From: Vulcanimicrobiota bacterium
Lineage (GTDB): Bacteria; Vulcanimicrobiota; Vulcanimicrobiia; Vulcanimicrobiales; Vulcanimicrobiaceae
NCBI GenBank assembly: GCA_963733295.1
Contig: CAVTCS010000003.1
Span: forward strand, 1,472,001 to 1,536,000
DNA length: 64,000 bases
Reading direction: 5' to 3'
The notes beneath the pieces are model-generated. The model had not been told where the DNA came from and made no database searches. It worked only from the letters and a program-made list of their open reading frames with translations. The translations under genes and the position numbers were made by a program. Of the stretch, positions 58,349 through 64,000 are shown piece after piece. The first letter of the stretch is position 1; every line of letters begins with the position of its first letter.

Positions 58349-59041
58349 TCAGATGGCGCAGTTTATGCGGTTCCACACTAAGACGGCGACGCGATTCGCG
58401 TGGAAGATGACGTATCCTAGGACCTGCTCGCGCTTAATATCCGGGCCGATATCTTTGCAGATCTGATCCGTTGCGGGCGGATGGTGGGGCGGTCCATAGA
58501 AAATCGCTGCACTGTACGCGGCCGCATGCGGAAACGCGCAACCCGACATCGTCGTCAGATGAAACGCCGACGGCGCGCTAAATGCGGCGCGGACTTTCTC
58601 GACTGTGTCGCCAAGATGGACCTTGCCCCCCATTGCCAAAGCCGACAAGTCTTTTTCTTTCACGGCGACCGGCGGCGCTCCGACGTTGGCGATCAAGAGA
58701 TAGCTCCCGCGGTCCTGTCCGTGTTCGTTGAAGAGCCCAACCCGGTGTGCAGGATCGTAGATCGCACCGACGCGCGTGAACTCCGCGTCGAGCGGCGCAT
58801 CCGTAAATTGCGACTGTCCGCCGCCGAGGAACGCATCGACTTCGGGACCGATCGGCACCCTCACTTGATACCCTGCGGGAAAAGGAGGCGAGTAGCATCC
58901 CCAACCGGGTAACGACCAGTACCATCGCCCGATGGGACTCGCGGCCGGCGGATCGGTCGGATTCGGAAGAGCAGCTCGCATCGTGCCCACGAGAACGGCT
59001 GCCACGTAAACGACGGTGCAAAGCATACCCGACTTGCGCAT
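58349..59041 (-). CDS. Hypothetical secreted protein
   Basis: Signal-like N-terminus; only long ORF filling the gap. Confidence 0.55.
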   Translation of the reverse strand: MRKSGMLCTVVYVAAVLVGTMRAALPNPTDPPAASPIGRWYWSLPGWGCYSPPFPAGYQVRVPIGPEVDAFLGGGQSQFTDAPLDAEFTRVGAIYDPAHRVGLFNEHGQDRGSYLLIANVGAPPVAVKEKDLSALAMGGKVHLGDTVEKVRAAFSAPSAFHLTTMSGCAFPHAAAYSAAIFYGPPHHPPATDQICKDIGPDIKREQVLGYVIFHANRVAVLVWNRINCAI

Positions 59042-59119
59042 GGGCGCAGCTTCGTTTCGCGGTAGAGCCTTTACTGCGCCGGCGGCCGGCGTTGCGCGAC
59101 GTCGAGTTGGGCCTAAGGC

Positions 59120-61204
59120 TCAGAGCACCTCGGCGATGAGCGCGGCCGCTCTCGCAGCACCGTCGCTCTGTACGGGGCGATAGACCGGCTTCCGCCCAAG
59201 TTGATCCACGATCGCCTCGGCGATCGCATCGAAATCCGCCTCAGCGTAATCCATGCGGCGCCCCGCCCCGTAACGCTCGAGGCGATGCGCGACGTGATAC
59301 GTTTGCTCGAAGTGATGCCGTAACGGAAAATAGACGAAGGGGCGCGCGGCCGCGGTCAATTCCATCGTGGTGGTGAGACCGCCCTGCACGAGCGCGATGT
59401 CGCAGACCGAGAGGTGCCGGTAGAGTTCGGGCACGTATCCGCGCAGCTCGACGCCGGGGTAGTGCGGCAAACTTGCGGGGTCGATGCGGGGGCCCGCGAC
59501 AACGATCATCCGCAGCTCGGGTACCCGCCGCTTCGCTTGCGGATAGGCGCCGATGATTCGCCGCAACAGTGCGCTGCCGACGCCCGATCCGCCGACGGTA
59601 ACGATGCAGATCGCTTCGTCGGGGCGATAGCCGAAACGCTCGCGCAACGTTTCGCGCTCGGCCTCGGTCGGCGGCACAAAACCGGTCACGTACCCCGGGA
59701 AATCATAGTGCGCCTCGGTCCACTCACGGATCGCCGGCAGGCCCGGTCCAAAGGAGGCCGCGACGATATCGTCGGGTTCGCCTACGAAGAGTGACCGATC
59801 GCGCAGATGCGGCGAACGTTCGATGTGTTCGATCATCTCGGCGTTGTAATCCGCCGTGATGCGTTGCTCGTATTCGCCGCCGTCGGGCATCGGCAGCCAA
59901 CCGACGAAATCGGTCATCCACACGAACGCGGTTCGCTTCTCGTTCGGATGCTCGTGCAGAAAGTGATCGACATCCCACGCTTCGTCACCGACGACGAGGT
60001 CGTAGTGCTCTTCCCGGATCAAATCGTAGAAGACCATGAAGTTGTTGACCAGGATCTCGTCCATCCGGCGGAGCGCACCGAATGCATGCAGGTCGTGTTC
60101 GGCGCACTCGCTCTCCAAGTGGGCGGTCTCGTTAGCAAGGGCTGCGCTGGCGGGATGGATCGTCTCGCCGCGCGCGCGCAGGGTAGCGGTCACCGGGTCT
60201 TGCGCGAGCCACTCGATGTCGACGTCCTCACGTAGCGAACGAAGTTCGGCAGCGATGGCGGCGTCGCGTTGCGCGTGACCAAGCCCGATTGGCGACGAGA
60301 TGAAGAGTGCGCGTTTCCGCCGGCCGGTGCGCGGTTTGGCGGATGGGCGGGGCCCGAGCGCATCGCGGATCTCCGCATTGATCCGGACGGGAACGCGCCC
60401 TTGCGGTATATGACCGCTCCCTTCGAGCAGAACGAAACGGCCGTGGGTCGCTTCGGCGAGCGCGCGCCCGCGCTCGCATGGCACGATGTGATCGGCACTG
60501 CCGTGCATGACGAGCACGGGACAGCGCACGCGCGCGGCAAGCTCGCGGGTCTCGTCAGCGGAAAGTTCAGGCGCCACGACGGTCGCCGCGAGGGTTTCGG
60601 GCGTCGTTTCAAGCGCCCATTCCACCGCATCCTCGAACGGTTTGGTCGAATGCGGTTCGGGAAGTGCCTCGTTGAAAAAGAACTCGACGAAGTCGCGATA
60701 ATGCGCGGTCCAATAATCGCGATTGTACTTCGCCCAGCCATCGTGGGCGTCGAGCTTTGTTTCAAAGGTAAGCGTAGCAGCGGCGCGGCCGGCGTTTGGC
60801 GGAGCGAGCGACACCGCCGGGCCAAGGCAAATCAGCTGCTCGACCCGTTCCGGGTGTCGCGCGGCCACCATCAGCGCCCAGCGAGCGCCCTTGGAGAGCC
60901 CCACGAGCGTCGCGCGCGCCGTCCCGGTGCTGTTCATGACGGCGAGCGCATCGGCTGCAAACGCCTCGTCGGAATAATCAAGCGAGGGCGAGCGATCGGA
61001 ACGGCCGTTACCGCGTCCGTCGAAGGTGACCACTCGGGCATGCCTCGCGAAATATGGAACCTGCGCCTTCCAAATGCGTGAGTGGACGATCGACCACGCC
61101 GGAAAGAATACGATCGTTCGGTCGCCGCTGCCGTAGACATCGTACGCGATCCGTACGCCGTCTCGCACCGCCACCCCCGAAAGTGACGGCTCGAGGGCTC
61201 TCAC
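59120..61204 (-). CDS. Alpha/beta hydrolase fused to a GT-B glycosyltransferase
   Basis: DGRGNGRS, GLSKG, D..GSGH triad; then SSPIGLGHAQRD, VGGSGVG, QGGLTTTMEL, HFEQ. Confidence 0.85.
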   Translation of the reverse strand: MRALEPSLSGVAVRDGVRIAYDVYGSGDRTIVFFPAWSIVHSRIWKAQVPYFARHARVVTFDGRGNGRSDRSPSLDYSDEAFAADALAVMNSTGTARATLVGLSKGARWALMVAARHPERVEQLICLGPAVSLAPPNAGRAAATLTFETKLDAHDGWAKYNRDYWTAHYRDFVEFFFNEALPEPHSTKPFEDAVEWALETTPETLAATVVAPELSADETRELAARVRCPVLVMHGSADHIVPCERGRALAEATHGRFVLLEGSGHIPQGRVPVRINAEIRDALGPRPSAKPRTGRRKRALFISSPIGLGHAQRDAAIAAELRSLREDVDIEWLAQDPVTATLRARGETIHPASAALANETAHLESECAEHDLHAFGALRRMDEILVNNFMVFYDLIREEHYDLVVGDEAWDVDHFLHEHPNEKRTAFVWMTDFVGWLPMPDGGEYEQRITADYNAEMIEHIERSPHLRDRSLFVGEPDDIVAASFGPGLPAIREWTEAHYDFPGYVTGFVPPTEAERETLRERFGYRPDEAICIVTVGGSGVGSALLRRIIGAYPQAKRRVPELRMIVVAGPRIDPASLPHYPGVELRGYVPELYRHLSVCDIALVQGGLTTTMELTAAARPFVYFPLRHHFEQTYHVAHRLERYGAGRRMDYAEADFDAIAEAIVDQLGRKPVYRPVQSDGAARAAALIAEVL

Positions 61205-61818
61205 CGCACGCGCTCCTTCTCCCAACGCTGCAGTAGATTGTCGATCATTTTCAACATTGCGGCGTGGTTGGTGTCGATGCCGCCAAGCCGCTCGAGCAGC
61301 AGCCCCACGTTAAAAGTCCGCACCAGAGTCGTCACCGCCTCGACCGGAAATTTCCGCCGGTCGACACCGTACTCTTTGAGCGCATTGCCCAACGCCTCCG
61401 TCAAGACGACGTCCCACTGCTCGTGGATGTGGCGCAACCGCTCGCGGAATTCGGGATGGTTCCACGACATGGCTTGCAGCTCGTACCAGATCTTCGGGTA
61501 ACCGGCAGCGAGGTCGTCGTCGATGAAATTCATCGCTTTGCGCCATTTTTCGATGAATGGGACGCCGGCAGCGGCGTACATCGCGCGCTGACGCGTCAGG
61601 ATCCGTTCCGTAAATCGATCGAGGACGCGCATCATCAGCTCTTCCATCGAGCCGAAGTAATAGTGCACCAAGCCGTGATTCGCACCGGCTTCGAGCGCGA
61701 GCTTCCGCGTCGTAATCGTAGCGTAACCGTCACGCACGAGCAGGCGCTCCGCGGCATCGAGGAACGCCTGCTCGGTCTCATGGCGCGAAGCCGAGACACC
61801 GACCCGGTTGCGATTCAG
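61201..61818 (-). CDS. TetR family regulator (probable CTG start)
   Basis: FLDAAERLL..GYATITTRKLA..AGANHGLVHYYFGS HTH. Confidence 0.88.
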   Translation of the reverse strand: MNRNRVGVSASRHETEQAFLDAAERLLVRDGYATITTRKLALEAGANHGLVHYYFGSMEELMMRVLDRFTERILTRQRAMYAAAGVPFIEKWRKAMNFIDDDLAAGYPKIWYELQAMSWNHPEFRERLRHIHEQWDVVLTEALGNALKEYGVDRRKFPVEAVTTLVRTFNVGLLLERLGGIDTNHAAMLKMIDNLLQRWEKERVR

Positions 61819-62903
61819 GGCTTAATCTCGAACACGATGTTGAACGGTGTCTCGGTTGCGCGCCGGAAGCGCGTCAGACCTGCGTCATGCACGACCTTGC
61901 CGAGACGTGCCTCGCCTGCTTGTGCGCCCAGCGCCAGGCCAACCTCTTGTGAGCGCGAGGCAGGCGTACACAGGAGCGTTGAGGCCGCGTAGAAGATCCG
62001 GCCGACGGGATTGAGGTTATCTTCGAGTCGATCGCCGGCATAGGGTTCGACGAGCATCCACGAACCCTCCGGCCCGAGCGCGTCGCGCACGTGCTTGGCC
62101 GCTCCGACCGGGTCGCCCATGTCGTGCAAACAATCGAAGTACGCGATGAGATCGTAGTCGCGACCGGGGAAATCTTTCGCGCTCGCGACCTCGAAGGTGA
62201 CGCGATCTGAGACTCCGGCGGCTTGCGCGCGCTTGCGGGCCAAGTCGATGGATGGCGCGTGGTAATCGAAGCCATAGAACTTGGATTTCGGATATGCCTG
62301 CGCCATAATGATCGTCGAGGCCCCGAGGCCGCAACCCACGTCGGCTACCTTGGCACCGGCGCGTAGCTTTGCTTCGATGCCGTCGAGCGCAGGAATCCAC
62401 TCGGCGACGAGGTGAGCGTTGTAGCCGGGGCGGAAAAAGCGCTCCGTTCCTTCGAACAGCACGGGGTCATGCTCGTGCCAGCCGAACCCTTTACCGCTAC
62501 GGAATCGCTCGCTGATCTTCGGCTCCGCCGCCATCATCGCTTCGACGATTTGGAAAGCGCCGTGAATGTAGAGTGGGCTTCCCTCGTCGGCGAGCATGAA
62601 CGCGCGCTCGGGCGGAAGGGTGAAGGCTTGAGTCGAGGGATCGTAGTCGACGTACCCGCTTGCGGCTTGATTTGCAAGCCATTCCCGAACGTAGCGCTCG
62701 TCGGTTCCGGTGCGCGCCGCCAACTCGCTTGAGGTGAGCGCATCTCCCTTAGCGAGTTCGCGATAGAGTCCAACCTTGTCGCCGATGATGAGAAGCACGG
62801 CGCTCGCCGCCGCGCCCAAGTCGTTCAGCATCTTCCCGATGAACGCGTTGAGTTTGTCCGGGTCGGGCGACTTTGCCGGCACTGCGGCAGTTTCAACAGC
62901 CAT
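61815..62903 (-). CDS. Class I SAM methyltransferase with N-terminal winged helix (Rv2258c-like)
   Basis: ELAARTG..ERYVREWL, DVGCGLG, FDCLHD, LGAQAG motifs. Confidence 0.88.
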   Translation of the reverse strand: MAVETAAVPAKSPDPDKLNAFIGKMLNDLGAAASAVLLIIGDKVGLYRELAKGDALTSSELAARTGTDERYVREWLANQAASGYVDYDPSTQAFTLPPERAFMLADEGSPLYIHGAFQIVEAMMAAEPKISERFRSGKGFGWHEHDPVLFEGTERFFRPGYNAHLVAEWIPALDGIEAKLRAGAKVADVGCGLGASTIIMAQAYPKSKFYGFDYHAPSIDLARKRAQAAGVSDRVTFEVASAKDFPGRDYDLIAYFDCLHDMGDPVGAAKHVRDALGPEGSWMLVEPYAGDRLEDNLNPVGRIFYAASTLLCTPASRSQEVGLALGAQAGEARLGKVVHDAGLTRFRRATETPFNIVFEIKP

Positions 62904-62928
62904 AAGGGCCTCCAGTCAGGCAGGTGTA

Positions 62929-62978
62929 TTAGTCATATGACTAAGGCAAAAGCTAACCGTGCCCGCGAGATTTGTCAA
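62929..62978 (-). promoter_or_regulatory. Sigma70 promoter with perfect 16-bp palindromic operator
   Basis: TTGACA(62978-62973)-17 bp-TAGCTT(62955-62950), then TTAGTCATATGACTAA (62929-62944). Confidence 0.8.
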
Positions 62979-63013
62979 GCCCCCTCGACCCGACCGGGGT
63001 CCGGCGGCCACCG

Positions 63014-64000
<987 letters not shown>

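Overview
High-GC bacterial chromosomal window. The gene style suggests Vulcanimicrobiota/Eremiobacterota or a related Terrabacteria lineage, but this is an unverified inference. The first ~47 kb is mostly core genes: thrS, tsaD, pepA, a large purine cluster (purN, purM, purF, purD, guaA, two archaeal-type PurP homologues, a double-length PurS, purQ, purL, a PAICS-like purC, purB), holA, mtnA, a riboflavin cluster (ribD, ribE, ribBA, ribH) interrupted by two Zn-dehydrogenases, a vapBC module, a diaminopimelate cluster (dapB, asd, aspartokinase, dapA), pcrA and sugar-transfer genes. An HNH nuclease gene and tRNA-Gln(CTG)/tRNA-Glu(CTC) at ~46.7-47.4 kb are followed by an accessory region of secreted proteins and proteases and a methyltransferase-TetR-hydrolase/glycosyltransferase operon. 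Main leads: (1) RibBA carries an N-terminal XRE-type HTH, with two candidate operator palindromes directly upstream; (2) the tRNA-abutting HNH gene has tandem N-terminal repeats and a perfect Gram-positive-type LexA box at its start; (3) five genes appear to need ATT/ATC/CTG start codons; (4) the purine pathway is a mosaic (PurP pair, PAICS-like PurC with a decayed carboxylase domain, fused PurS); (5) vapBC is flanked by a duplicated gene 3' end. All calls come from motif recognition by eye; no database searches were run.
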